Of a stretch of DNA of 64,000 nt, positions 51,919 to 64,000 are shown in pieces. The notes under the pieces were generated by a model that saw only the letters and a program-made list of their open reading frames with translations, was not told where the DNA came from and ran no database searches. The position numbers and the translations under genes were made by a program. The stretch's first letter is position 1. Each line of letters starts with the position of its first letter. Source of the stretch: Batkoa obscura (taxonomy: Eukaryota); assembly GCA_030770535.1 (NCBI GenBank), contig JASVEC010000024.1:682001-746000 (forward strand), written 5' to 3'.

Positions 51919-52016
51919 GGGGCTATTTTTTTTGGTTTCATAACTTTTTCCATTTTTTAAGTACTATTGAGCGGAAAAATTGTTAGTAAAATTATTAAGC
52001 AAAAAAATACATCCCC
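51919..52016. mobile_element. Family A MITE
   Basis: ATAT-GGGG...CATCCCC-ATAT. Confidence 0.88.
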
Positions 52017-52445
52017 ATATGGTAGTTTTTTTTGCTCTTTTTATAGTAAGAGGAAATTTCTTTCTCATCTATAAATTTTTGACAGGCTGCTTTAATATGG
52101 GAATATAATATAATCGTTTTCCAGAGGATGATATGCTAAGTTCATAACGAAGCATAGTATCAGTTAAATGTAAAAGTGTGTAACCATCAATATCATATTC
52201 TTTAAATGTTTAGTATATTGAATATATTAATACACAATCTTAATTTATTATTGAATAAATACAAGATTTTATTATAGTTTACTTCAAATTATAATAATAT
52301 TTGTTTTATCCAGCCAAGAACTTTCCCTTTAGTATTCTATCTACTAACATTTGAGTTTGACATTTTGAAATATCTAATCTTGAATTTTATAGTACCACCA
52401 CTATATTTATATATTCCTAAGATTCAATGTTATACTGAAAGATAT

Positions 52446-52532
52446 GGGGGTGTTTTTTGATCTCATCACGTTTTCCATTTAAGTATTATTTGATTAGGAA
52501 AGTTATTAAAATCCTTAAAAAAATACATCCTT
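52446..52532. mobile_element. Family A MITE, degenerate
   Basis: ATAT-GGGGG...ACATCCTT-ATAT. Confidence 0.7.
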
Positions 52533-52985
52533 ATATATGGCGTTGCTTGAATTAGTTTTATTATTTTCTAATTTTTAAAAAAAATTGTACTAAAAACTTT
52601 GCTTAAAATTTTTTATTAGAACAAAAGTATCTGGACATAGTTCTAAATCATTCTATTATAGTTTATACTGTAAGTTAGTTGAATTTCTATTAGATCTCAA
52701 ATACATGTTCTTATAAGACTTTATTGAGAAATGTTTATTATTGACCGCTTTAGAACCAATATTGCAGATTTGTTATCAAATAAATGAACTATTTTAATGT
52801 TGTAATTACATTATTAATATATTGCCAAGTTAATAAATAGCTGCATGGGAGGGAGTGGTTAGCCCCGAAACTATAATTAACTATCCCTATGTAGCACAAG
52901 TAATATAATAATAGTATTTACATGTTATTACAATTACTTGTTCTTTAACTATTTATTAACTTAGCTATTAATAACTTAAGTAATA

Positions 52986-54122
52986 TTAACATTTAAAATT
53001 CTCTATTATTTTGGTAAGATAAGCTGAGATTGATCTTTTAATTTTTCTATTTTCTATAGACTCTATAACTTCAATTGGAACTATATCGCTTTTTTTTAAT
53101 GTATCAGATACTGGACAAGAATACAGTTTATTATTATATTTAATAAAATATAGATACTTCTTAATGTTTTGCATCTCTATTATTCTTTTTGTATTTTTAT
53201 TTCTTTCATACTTTTCGAAAGTTATATCTGTTTTCCAATTATTAACAGTCGAGTTATTAATTTTATTATCTTCACAAATAAAAATCTCAAATCTTGAAAT
53301 TAATTGAGGATGTACTTTTTTGTTTAAGAATTTATTACATCTTTCCACTCAAGTAGCGCTTAAAAAATGGAAAAATAATGAAACCAAAAAAAACATCCCC
53401 ATTGATTGATATCTTCCATTTTTCTTAATGCTTCAAAAGTACTTTTCCGTTTTGAAAGATTTCCAAAATGTCCATCAACTATACTTTTTCCATGATGCTC
53501 AACAAAAAAATTAAGATCAACATTTAAACTACTATTTACTTTATGAATTTCTTTAGATATATAATGTAGGACCTCTTGGGATCTAAAATAATTTCCTGTA
53601 TCTGCCCATATATTAATTTTTGTAAACTTTTTAAGTAAAAGCTCTGTAGAGATTAAATCGATTAAACAATCTCCTTCATATGCTGAATCATGGTTTAATA
53701 TTTCAGATAAATAATCAAAGTAAACTTTGCCTATTGTTTTATCGTCTCTTAAATATAAAACACCAAAGCCTAATACTGATATAGCTTGTTTATTATAATG
53801 GTTTAAATTTGTTGAATTCGATATTGTTTCTATTTCCGTATTTTGTTTAAAATCTAAAATTATTATACTACTTTTATTGTTTAATTTTTTGATGGTCTCA
53901 TCAAATGTGTTTTTTTGAGTATCAACACAGAATTTATGTAATTTGTACAATTCTTCTTCTTTATTGAAAATTTCTTCTATCTTTACTTTGTTTTTTATTG
54001 CTGTATTTATTTCATTTTTAGATAACTTTTTTCTAATTGTACACTGAGCATATATATTACGTAAATCTGGTTTTCTTGCTGCATTTTTAAATTACTTGGT
54101 ATGTATTTAAAAAATGTTGACC
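52986..54122 (-). pseudogene. DNA transposase relic (Sola2-like DDD), frameshifted and interrupted by a MITE
   Basis: STFFKYIP..RKPDL, ILDFKQN, NHDS, IWADTG.YFRS, NFFVEHHGKSIVDGHFG; frame restored (DINQLISRF) when the MITE is removed. Confidence 0.75.
53306..53400. mobile_element. Family A MITE inserted in the transposase relic
   Basis: GAGGATG...CATCCCC with ATT(G) repeated on both sides. Confidence 0.9.
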
Positions 54123-54408
54123 TAGCTACTACTTTATCTTTTGTGGGATCTGGTACTCAGTGATTGGAGCCAAAAACAGCTATTGCTTGGTTGACTACAA
54201 TATAAGTCTAAAGATCTCAGTTTATGTGAGTAAGATAGACTTAGATCATGAAGAATAGCACGTAATAGGCTACAAACTATGTAAGTCAAATAGAATAGAC
54301 AATACTATGTAAAATCTATGCAAAATACTATTAAAAAAACTTAGTAGCTTTATTAAATGTTCAAGATATCAGGGATTAATTCAGTTAAAAAGCCTCGAAC
54401 TACTATAC

Positions 54409-54507
54409 GAGGATGTATTTTTATATTTAAGAATTTTACTAGTAATTTTTCCACTCAAATAGCGCTTAAAAAATGGAAAAGTAATGAAATCAAAATAAAA
54501 CATTCTC
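54409..54507. mobile_element. Family A MITE with ATAC TSD
   Basis: ATAC-GAGGATG...ATTCTC-ATAC. Confidence 0.88.
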
Positions 54508-55014
54508 ATACTCTGAAAACTCTTTTATACTCTGAAAAGTATAAATATCAAAATGAGAAGATGATGTTCTTTGGGATGGAGCTAGAAATTCTCATAGTAA
54601 ATCAAACCAAGAACGTGGGATTGATTTCCTCTGAACTCGAGAACACAATAGCTTAGGCGATTATTATGGTATAATTAACCATGGGACTGACAAAGCGATA
54701 TTTTACATAATTGAATCATTTAGTAAATATTGTACAATAGTTTCAATTTGCTCATCTTTAATATTTTTTTTTGTGTTTTTAATAATAGGTTGTAATGTTG
54801 ATATTTTATTACTATTATTACTTATTTGAATAATCATATTGATTTCTGTTTATATTAAACCCAAAACTTTTACATTCATCAAAAGGATATACTGAAGCCA
54901 TAGTTGATAATAACACTACTTATTGGTTTTTATTTCCTGTTTCCCTTAAAGCACTAATTTTATACATTACTTGATTGAGTTTATTATTATTGATAGTAAA
55001 CTTTGATAATATAT

Positions 55015-55113
55015 GGGGATGTATTTTTGTATTTAAGAATTTTACTAACAATTTTTCCGTTCAGATAATGCTTAAAAGATGGAAAAAGTAATGAAGCCAA
55101 AAAAGACATCCTC
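55015..55113. mobile_element. Family A MITE
   Basis: ATAT-GGGGATG...CATCCTC-ATAT. Confidence 0.9.
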
Positions 55114-56320
55114 ATATCTTTTCTTTGTTTCGTTTTATTATAAAATTCCACAAACCCTGGGTTGTTATAAGTAGCTCTTAAAATTGATGTAAATAAATTA
55201 CAATGTTTATATTGTATACTCCTCCCTATTGTATTGAAATTTTCAAAAATCCCATTTCGAAGTTTAGTTATGAAAGTTTGCATTTTATTTTTATTTCAAC
55301 AAAAAATAAAGCCAAATAACTGTATTTATATAATTATATAGTTATATATTATATATTTGCTAAGCACTTAACAGAAATAACATAAAATATGTAGTTAGAA
55401 AAATTAACTATTTAAGGAAACAATCAAAATAAGTTTTAAAGAAATTTAATTTTAGGCTTTTTAGATTTAACCGTCACATCAAAGACACAAATTAAAAAAT
55501 TAAAAAATTGGATTAATTTCTAAGTAAATTCTGAAACTAATTTGGACAACCCTATTTGTTATCTTTTATATAAAAAAATTAAAACGCAGCTTTGGTTCAA
55601 TCTAAATATTCAAACTTAACTTCAAATGATAATAAGTTACAGGAAATTTATTTATTTTTAGTACTATCCATTAGTAAACGCAATAATTTCAATTGCTTCA
55701 AAAATTTGTATAAAATTCATCTCTAAGCATATTGATGCCTAACCATGTGAACATGTACCCATTTATACCATTCTCTAATGACTAAGGTACTTAATTACAT
55801 GTGTAGTATTACTTTGCCTTTAAATGAGCTTAAAAAACTGACCATGATCTAACTCAAGGTTTACTAACAGTGGTTTATACAGTTATAAACTTCATCTATC
55901 ATTCATTTATTACACTGCATTTATCATTTTAGAAATTATCATTTATTATATAAAGTTTAAATGTTTAGCTAAATTTTGACATTTATATACATTTGATTAT
56001 TGATAATAATAATTAGCAAATATCACCAAAAAATAGTTTTGAAATAAATATAAAACACACCAAACATATTATAATAAGGCATAATTTATAAGTGAAATTA
56101 AGTTTTGTTTTATTAATATAGAAGTATCAGCAATGCTGTTTGATTCAAAATAAACCAAATATAGTTTGCTTTTATATAATTTAGACTTACAAAATACTTT
56201 AAAGAAAATGAATATATAATAATAGTAGTTAAAACGGACCCCAAGAAATCGACTGTTATCAAGTTGATAAAAATCCATTTTGTGGCTCAGATGAATTTAT
56301 TTAAAAGGGCCGACAAACTA

Positions 56321-56881
56321 TCATAGTAAAGAAACAAAGGCATATGAAAAAGCAAATGAACTAATTGTCATCCATAACGACCTGCTAACAGCTAAATCTG
56401 AATGACTATTAGGCTGGTTTTTATAAGCTCCAGGTGAGGGCATAGATTGATAGACGGACACCATATTATAGTAAGGATTAGGATCTGTAGCGGTCACAAA
56501 CTCTTTTACATTATAATAAACAGCCTTTGTCGGAGAACTATTAGGGTCTACTACTTGAGTAGGACCCCCTTGTACTAATTTATTACCACTTTTTTTACTA
56601 TCATGAAAACTACTGCTTCCTTTTTTAATATAATTCGAACAAGTGGATTGAAATTTGTAGACTAAATTGCTTTTTTGCTCCATTGCTTCTTCATCTCGCT
56701 TACATGGTTCATAACATGAAATCTTTTTAGACATCAAGTCACAGCTACACTTTTGATCATTCGAGCACTGCTCTATTTGTGAATTAAGATTAGATAAGCA
56801 AGTAGTTAAGGTCTGCTCATTATCACCACATAAAGCTAGCACATTGAAATTGAATAGGAGGAATAAGAGGTAAGGAAACAT
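56321..56881 (-). CDS. Secreted 8-Cys CFEM-like, probably GPI-anchored protein (divergent member)
   Basis: Signal MFPYLLFLLFNFNVLA, 8 Cys including DQKCSC and CYEPC, GGPTQVV motif, hydrophobic tail. Confidence 0.83.
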   Translation of the reverse strand: MFPYLLFLLFNFNVLALCGDNEQTLTTCLSNLNSQIEQCSNDQKCSCDLMSKKISCYEPCKRDEEAMEQKSNLVYKFQSTCSNYIKKGSSSFHDSKKSGNKLVQGGPTQVVDPNSSPTKAVYYNVKEFVTATDPNPYYNMVSVYQSMPSPGAYKNQPNSHSDLAVSRSLWMTISSFAFSYAFVSLL

Positions 56882-57309
56882 GATTAAGCAAAAATAAAAC
56901 AAATAAAACTAAATAATTAAGAATGAATTAAAAAGTACTTACTATTTTAATACAAAGTATTTATATACCTTCTTTTTGAACTATTTTGTCTAATAATTTG
57001 AATGATTTTATAACCATGATTTTTCACTCATGGTAATTAACTGTTATTGTAATATTTTCAGAGAAACGGTTAATTTTTCGAAATTTATAAAAATTTATAA
57101 GGTTAACTTTTGATACGTTAGTCTAAATTTTTATCAAAAAAAACATGGCTGTCAACAGAAGTGATAGGCTATTGCTAGTAAAAAATTTATTTTATTTATA
57201 TGCAATTGTTCAATATTGACAATTTAATTACTAAAAGCCAAGAATTCTTTAGAATCTAAAAGACACGTTTTTATCTTTTAATATCGTCTATTTAGAAATT
57301 TTAACATAT

Positions 57310-57408
57310 GGAGATGTATTTTTATGTTCAAGAATTTTACCAACAAATTTTCCGCTTAAATAGTGCTTAAAAAATGGAAAAAATAATGAAGTCAAAAAAA
57401 ACACTCCC
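57310..57408. mobile_element. Family A MITE
   Basis: ATAT-GGAGATG...ACTCCC-ATAT. Confidence 0.88.
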
Positions 57409-58301
57409 ATATACCATTTTTAAAAAGAACTTATAGCTCGGTTTTTTGGTTTATATTGTTTAGAAAAGAAAAATACTTTTAAGCCATTATGTATTTGATG
57501 CCATAAATCTAATTTCCACCATTAGGTTGAGAAATGAGGAAATATATTATGATTTGGAAGTTTAAAAACTTGGTGGTATTAAAAAATAATTGTCCTTGAT
57601 TTGGTTTAAATTTGCAAAACTTGTATGTGGATCTCTTTCATTTCAACAATTGGCCATTTTCTAAGTAACATAAAGTTGATAAACAATTAAATGTCTAGCA
57701 AAAAAACACTCTCATGAATTAAACATTGAAACAAGTATCTTCATTATATATGCTTAATTTAAAACTTTTAGAAGAAACAATATCTGGAAAACACTCTAAC
57801 TTTTGGTCTAAGCTAACCCGAATATTAAATTATAAGCATTTGGCTGATATTATACCTTAAGCTGATTTTTGATAATAGATTTTTATAAACAAACCACTTC
57901 TCATTAATTTTTTTACAGGTACAAAAATATATAAAAGAATATAGATAGCCCGCCAATTACGAAGACCATGAATAGGCCAGCAATAATCACAAAATAAAAA
58001 ATAGGTAAAGAATATGGATCTTCGGGTTAATATAAATAAAGAAAACATAATATTAGAGCCCTTTCCATCTAACTGCGGAAAATTATTCAAAAAATATGTG
58101 AAAAAGCTTCGGTGGATATAGGCTAAAATTTTAACCATAATATAAATAAAAATTTTATTATACGTTGGTATGTCCCACTTAATCATAATAGGCCGATAAG
58201 TTTAACTTGGCAAAAAAAATAGACTAATGTATGTCTATGACATACAAGTCGAGAGTCTATATAAAGCCCTAAAGATCGAATCATTACTCTTATCAAGTAA
58301 A

Positions 58302-60150
58302 ATGAGTGAAAAAAACCAAGTAAACGATAACATTGTAGTAAACTTTGAAACTAAAGTGGATGTGCTTATATCTGGAGCTGGGCCAGTAGGTTTAGTAATG
58401 GGAAACTTATTAGCTAGAAATAATATCAGTTTTAAAATCATTGATAAGAAGACAGAGATCTATCCATATTCTAGGGCTTTTGCGATCCATTCAAGAACTC
58501 AAGAGATTTTCGACCAACTAGAGATTATTGATAGTATCAAAAATGAAGGTAGAAGTGGTCCTATTTTCTCGCAATTTTACAAAAATGGAGACAAATTTTT
58601 TGAACTCAAGCTACCCCCAAGCCGTTCCCCACATTCCGCTGTTATTGGCCTAATGCAGAGCGAAACCGAACGTATTTTAAATGAAAAAATTGTTGAGATT
58701 GGTCACGAAGTTCATAATGGTGTAGAGTTGAAACAATTAGAATGGAATGATAATAAAAAAAGATTTGATAGTGCTATTGTTGAGCATTTAAAGGATAATA
58801 AGAAAGAAAGAATTAAGTTTAAGTATTTAATTGGGTGCGATGGGGCAAGGTCAACTGTAAGAAAAGCAGCCAATATTAAATTTTCTGGAGAAAGTGTCAA
58901 TCTCCATTTAACTTGTATTGACGCAATGGTAAATACAGACTTTACACAAGAACCATTTGGAACGTAAGTCTTCACTTCTAATAACTTATATAAAAGCTAA
59001 GTTAAAAACAATTAGGATTTTAACAGATGAAACAGACATGATGTTATTAATTTGGGTAAAAAAAAACTATGCGCGCTTTGTTTTGAGGAAAGATCAAGAT
59101 GAAGAAATCACTAATACAGAATTTGTCAATTTAACAAAGAAATTAGCTGGGAGTACAAAATTGGAAATTGATCAAATAGTATGGAAAAATACATTTAAAA
59201 TTAACGAGTGTGCCGCTGAAACTCATTTCAAACATAATGTGTTTTTATGTGGTGATGCTTCACATACTCACTCTCCAGCAGGTGGCCAAGGAATGAATAC
59301 TGGGATTCAAGATTCATATAACTTAGCATGGAAATTATCTCTTGTTCTTAAAGGAGCTGGAAAAGAAGAAGAGTTATTTAACACTTTTAATGAAGAGAGG
59401 AGTATGGTAGCCAATATGGTACTTAAAAATTCGGGGATGGCAATTCGTAATGCCTTTAGCAAATCAAACATGATAGTATCCTATTTACGGAAAGCATTAG
59501 TGCCTTTCTTCTTATCATTTCAATTCGTTCAAAATCACGCGGTAGATACCATTTCAGAGATTGGAATCGAATATAATGAGAATACATTAATAAGAAAGTA
59601 TTCTCAGGGTTGGATTTATAACTCTAAGATTCCAGGGGTTGGATTAAGAGTACCTGATAAGTTATTGATTGATATTAAGAGTAAATCAACTTCTATTCAT
59701 AAGATTTTGAATGGTAGAGATAAATTTGAAGTTTTTATTCATATTCCAGAACCTTGGTTAGATTTTAAATCTTTCGATAAATTGGCAAACTTTACCAAAG
59801 ACTTAAGACATAATGAGGAATGGGCTAAACTACAATCAAAAATGAATGGTAGTTTATTTCAATTGAGCTTCATACTTGATCAGCACATGTTTAGCACTAA
59901 GCAATGGGGATATTATATTGAAAGTAAACTTAAGGATGTAGACCAAGACGACTTACAAATGATCCAACAAAGCTTTGAGAAGAATAATAAATATTTAGAT
60001 ATTGAAAAATGGGGTATTAATGATTTCAGCTTTTCTAATGAAATCCCCACCTTTTTCGTTATACGCCCTGATGCCTATATTTCTTTTAATCAATCGAGTA
60101 CTTCTGTGGAGAATGTCTTAAACTATTTTAAAACTTTTATTAGCTTATAG
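58302..60150 (+). CDS. FAD-dependent monooxygenase, copy 2; intron 58964-59015
   Basis: Aligns end to end with 15098-16946, with the same intron position and motifs. Confidence 0.92.
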
Positions 60151-61286
60151 ATACCACGATGTCCTTATCTATGTATTAGGCGGCTATAAATATTAATAGT
60201 CAACAATGCTAAACTAATAAAATAAATAAAATTTAAACTTGTTTAAATAATTTACTTATTAAAATTAAACACTATAGTTTTTACAGAGAATATTGTAGTT
60301 TGACGAATTCAAATTATAAAGTATAAAATACCTGGAAGATATTAAGCCACTTGTGATAGTTAAAACTGAGCATACAGCATTTTTACTAAACCAATTATAT
60401 TTTTTCATTAATTGATTTTCTTGACCAAAAAGTTATTTTTACTTCTAAAAACATAATTCTATTAAACAACATAGAAAATCAGGTAAAAGAGTATAACATA
60501 AATGAAATTTATTTTTAGTTCGAACGCTCATTGAAAGTAATGATTATTTTGAAAAAATAAGTTATTTATGAAATTGGCCTATATCTCAATGAGAATGTAT
60601 AAAATCAATTTTCGGTGGTTTTAATGTTCAGTAGTCTTTTAGAGCAAGTACCCGGTGTAATGGAGTGATCGTTATTATTGAACTTTATTAAAAAAGTTAA
60701 TGATTACTAAAAAAGCACCATACTAGCTACAAAAACCAAAATTAATTTATTAAAATCTAATTTGTATAAAAATCAGTATCTTTATTATGTTTTAACATTA
60801 CATTATTATTAGCTATTTTAAATCTAACATGAGAAATTATCTTGAACTTATGCTACTTTGATTACTTCAGCATAAAGAATCAATTGATTTATATATAATG
60901 ACTTCAAATGGCTTGGCATATTTTCCTATTTCTCCGGCTGATGAGAGTTGTCAATAAAAATCAGAAAATCTTAATCTTGATAAATTGAATACAGAAGATA
61001 TTGTGAGAAAAATGATGTAATCGTTTATTATCTTCAAAAACTAAGAATAAAAAGTGGGCAAATAATTCTAGCTAAAGTTTTAATAATTTCCATTATCATA
61101 ATATTCTTCAATTTATTCTACTTAGTTCTTAAACCATGTGGTGGTATACGCTAAAGTTTTAATTAATGCGATTTAGTTTGATACACAATTACTAGTTCTC
61201 AAAAAATATATGATATTAACATATAACAAACTAAGATTTATTAAGTTTATAAAAGTACAAGTAAGAAATTAAAATAAGCAATAAGA

Positions 61287-62378
61287 TTAACCAGTGGTGG
61301 ATGCTAAGATTGCTGAATTATCTGTCTGGATTGTAGCACGAACGCCAGACTGTAAAGCTTTTTGTAATAAAGCAGTATAAGGTGTTGGGCGAGTGGAATG
61401 AGCAATGAGATGTTTTCTCAGAGATCTTGAGTGATAATAAGCTCTACCGCAATCAGGTAAGGGACAGATATAAGGTCGTATATCTGAATGAGTTTTAATG
61501 TGTGTAGCCAAAGAATCAGGTCTTGAAAAAGCTTTTTTGCAATTAGGAAACTTGCAAATAAATGGTTTTTCTCCAGTATGCGTTCGAAAATGATTCAACA
61601 TTTTATGACGCTTTGGAAATGGTTTACATTCTCTTTTGCAACCTCTCCATCTACACTCATAAGTTGATCTCCCTGCTCCAATATGGCTTTCTACTACATG
61701 CCTTATCATGTCTTCCATACTATGAAAAGCCTCATGACAGCTTTCCCATTGGCAGGGATGTAAATCAAAATGGGTAGCTTCACTTTTTACAGTGAGACAA
61801 GGGTGTAAATCGTAATGGTTGATATCCGATTTTACAGTAAAGTTGTCAAATCCATTATCCTGATCCATCCAGGGAGAGGAAGTAGGAAAACCTTCTTGAA
61901 AATTACATGGGGTAGAATGAGTCGACATTTGGTATTTATGCTCTTGATGCAAACTTGGAGCGTTATTAGTGTCATAGAAACTGAAATTATAACTTATGGG
62001 GTTTGAAGTTGCATGTATGTGATTTTGAGGTACTGACTCTGTGGGTTGAATCTGATGTGTGTATTGATCAGAATACATATAGTGATCTAATCTATATCCT
62101 TCATCCATTGAATTCAAATACTGCCCATTCATCATTTTTACTTCACTGCCTGAATTAGATAAATTGTGATTTGATGGTAATATTGGTTGAAATTGAGGTG
62201 GAGGATAAAAATTATAGTCTATTGGGGGATATTGGTGCTGTGAAGCAGAGTGAAATATATGCTGGTCATGAAATTGAGGCAACTCTTCTATTTGATGGGA
62301 TTTAACAAAATGTTCTGAACGTTCATTTTTAACTGGAACAGCAAAGCCATAATGATCTGAATTAAGTGAAGTATCCAT
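61287..62378 (-). CDS. Four-finger C2H2 zinc-finger protein with tandem CWCH2 fingers (Zic/Gli/PacC-type)
   Basis: CQWESC..HVVESH, CRWRGC..HFRTHTGEKPF, C..FSRPDSLATHIKTH, C..YYHSRSLRKH. Confidence 0.9.
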   Translation of the reverse strand: MDTSLNSDHYGFAVPVKNERSEHFVKSHQIEELPQFHDQHIFHSASQHQYPPIDYNFYPPPQFQPILPSNHNLSNSGSEVKMMNGQYLNSMDEGYRLDHYMYSDQYTHQIQPTESVPQNHIHATSNPISYNFSFYDTNNAPSLHQEHKYQMSTHSTPCNFQEGFPTSSPWMDQDNGFDNFTVKSDINHYDLHPCLTVKSEATHFDLHPCQWESCHEAFHSMEDMIRHVVESHIGAGRSTYECRWRGCKRECKPFPKRHKMLNHFRTHTGEKPFICKFPNCKKAFSRPDSLATHIKTHSDIRPYICPLPDCGRAYYHSRSLRKHLIAHSTRPTPYTALLQKALQSGVRATIQTDNSAILASTTG

Positions 62379-64000
62379 AATAAAAATAAAAATAATTAAA
62401 GTTAACACTAAGAGGTAATCAAATATATTATATATATACACAGGTAATAAAATATTTAATTGAACGATACAAAAATAAGCAAAAAATTAGGGAATACTAA
62501 GCTGAAAATTAATTAGTTTTTTTTTTAAAAAACGGAGATTAGATAATTATTTTAAAGTGAAAAGATAATTCGGGTACTCATCGCCCTTTATATACTTAAA
62601 TTTTTAATGAGGTAAAAATAATATTTATTCATAATGAATATTTTAGTGAGAAGAATTAATAAAAATGGATTTAATTTTAAATTTTAACCACTGAAAATGC
62701 TAAATTTGGATATCTCCCCTTATTTAAAAATTAAATTAAATTATGTTCAAAAACATTTATCCTCTTCTTTTTATATGAGTATTAGCTGGCATTTCAACTG
62801 TTTGGGTGTAGAGTTTATATGTTAAAGGAGTTTAAAATTTAACTCTATGATACTATAATTTAATATTATTGTATAAAACATTTTAACTTATTTCTATATA
62901 TCTTATATTGTTATATTACTCCTTTAAAAAATTTATCCTTGTTTTACTAAGTATGTAATATGAAAACAAATCATATCTCAAAATTAAACCAATAAAGATA
63001 TGCATATTCGATTTGTCAACCAATAAAATTAGATGATTTCGGTTTTACTAAAATACTATAAAAATATAGGATGATTTCACTTGCAAATATTCTTCATCAA
63101 AAACTGATCTTTAAAAAAGTTCAAAAATAATACTTTAAGAATAAAAGAATTTGAGAATATAACAAAAGATCGAACCAAACTTTTATTGATTGGCTTAATT
63201 TCCCCGAGAGTTTTTGCCCAACTATAAATTTTGACCTTGAACCGCTACTACTTATTAAACCTTAATCTATCCAACAATATTTCTTAACATTACGCTTGTA
63301 TAATACTTAATTAAATTTTGTGCGCCAGTCTATATAGTATTTTAGATTAAATATAAATTATTTATGCTTCTCTGTATTGTTTTTCATTGTCAGATAACTT
63401 TTAGAGCAATTTAAAAAATAGCTGTAATTTTATATTTGTATAAATGTATACAAGAATAAATATATGAGTATGCGGATAGTAATGTAAATTAGTAATTGAA
63501 AATAATATATCACCGTTCATGATCATCCTCTTAAAACTGTATTAAAGTTAAATTAAATAACACTTAAGTGTGAAATAACATATATAAATTGTTATCTAGT
63601 GAAAGCTTATTTTTGTCTTATCTAATGTAATTATTAGATCAAAATAATTTTTTAATATATTATATAACTGAATATTTAATTTAATTCTAATGGTTATTTA
63701 AGGGTTCATTGTTTTAAACTTAATTTTTAATTCGATTATTTATCTTTTAATAATTTTATGAGTTAATAATAGTAATATTATATTAAAAATTAAAAAGATC
63801 CCAATATTATATTTTTGGCTAGATGACAATACTTTACTTTTATATATAGTTCTTTAAAGAATTTAATAAATAGTTAGATAGAACTTGGGTGTATGAAAAA
63901 AGTATATTGTTACTATTAAGCTCATATAATGAAAAGTTATTTTAAATTTAAGTGTTAAAGGTCTAATAATAGTTAATCGACACTTCAATAATAAAAAAGC

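Noticed and set aside
494..57408. Repeated ~97-bp palindromic units as a CRISPR array or REP elements
   Set aside because: Dispersed, both orientations, TSDs, no spacer periodicity or cas genes, eukaryotic context
58227..58301. N-terminal extension of monooxygenase copy 2
   Set aside because: Overlaps the TATA box; the paralog starts at MSE, matching the ATG at 58302

Overview
AT-rich eukaryotic genomic DNA with short GT-AG introns (about 40-90 nt). The gene content points to an early-diverging fungus (Zoopagomycota/Mucoromycota-like; inference). Genes: an in-frame fusion of Leu2-type 3-isopropylmalate dehydrogenase with a LeuC type-2/AMT8-HtyD-like dehydratase plus swivel domain; a multi-Myb protein; SAGA subunits Ada3 and Ada2; two paralogous FAD monooxygenases; five secreted 8-Cys (CFEM-like) probably GPI-anchored proteins, two of them a near-identical recent duplicate; GTP cyclohydrolase II; a CSL transcription factor; a tetraspanin; Psy2/SMEK; a PH-domain protein; a CENP-P-like protein; BCAS2/Spf27; an MBOAT sterol acyltransferase; and a CWCH2-type C2H2 zinc-finger protein. 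There are three tRNAs (Thr-CGT, Glu-CTC, Gly-TCC). Intergenic DNA carries over 25 copies of a ~97-bp MITE with mostly GRG..CYC ends and 4-bp TSDs, one of which interrupts a Sola2-like transposase relic. Also present: a fold-back element, a degenerate repeat field, and a candidate structured ncRNA with a CTAACCCT motif. All family assignments come from motif recognition by eye, not database searches.
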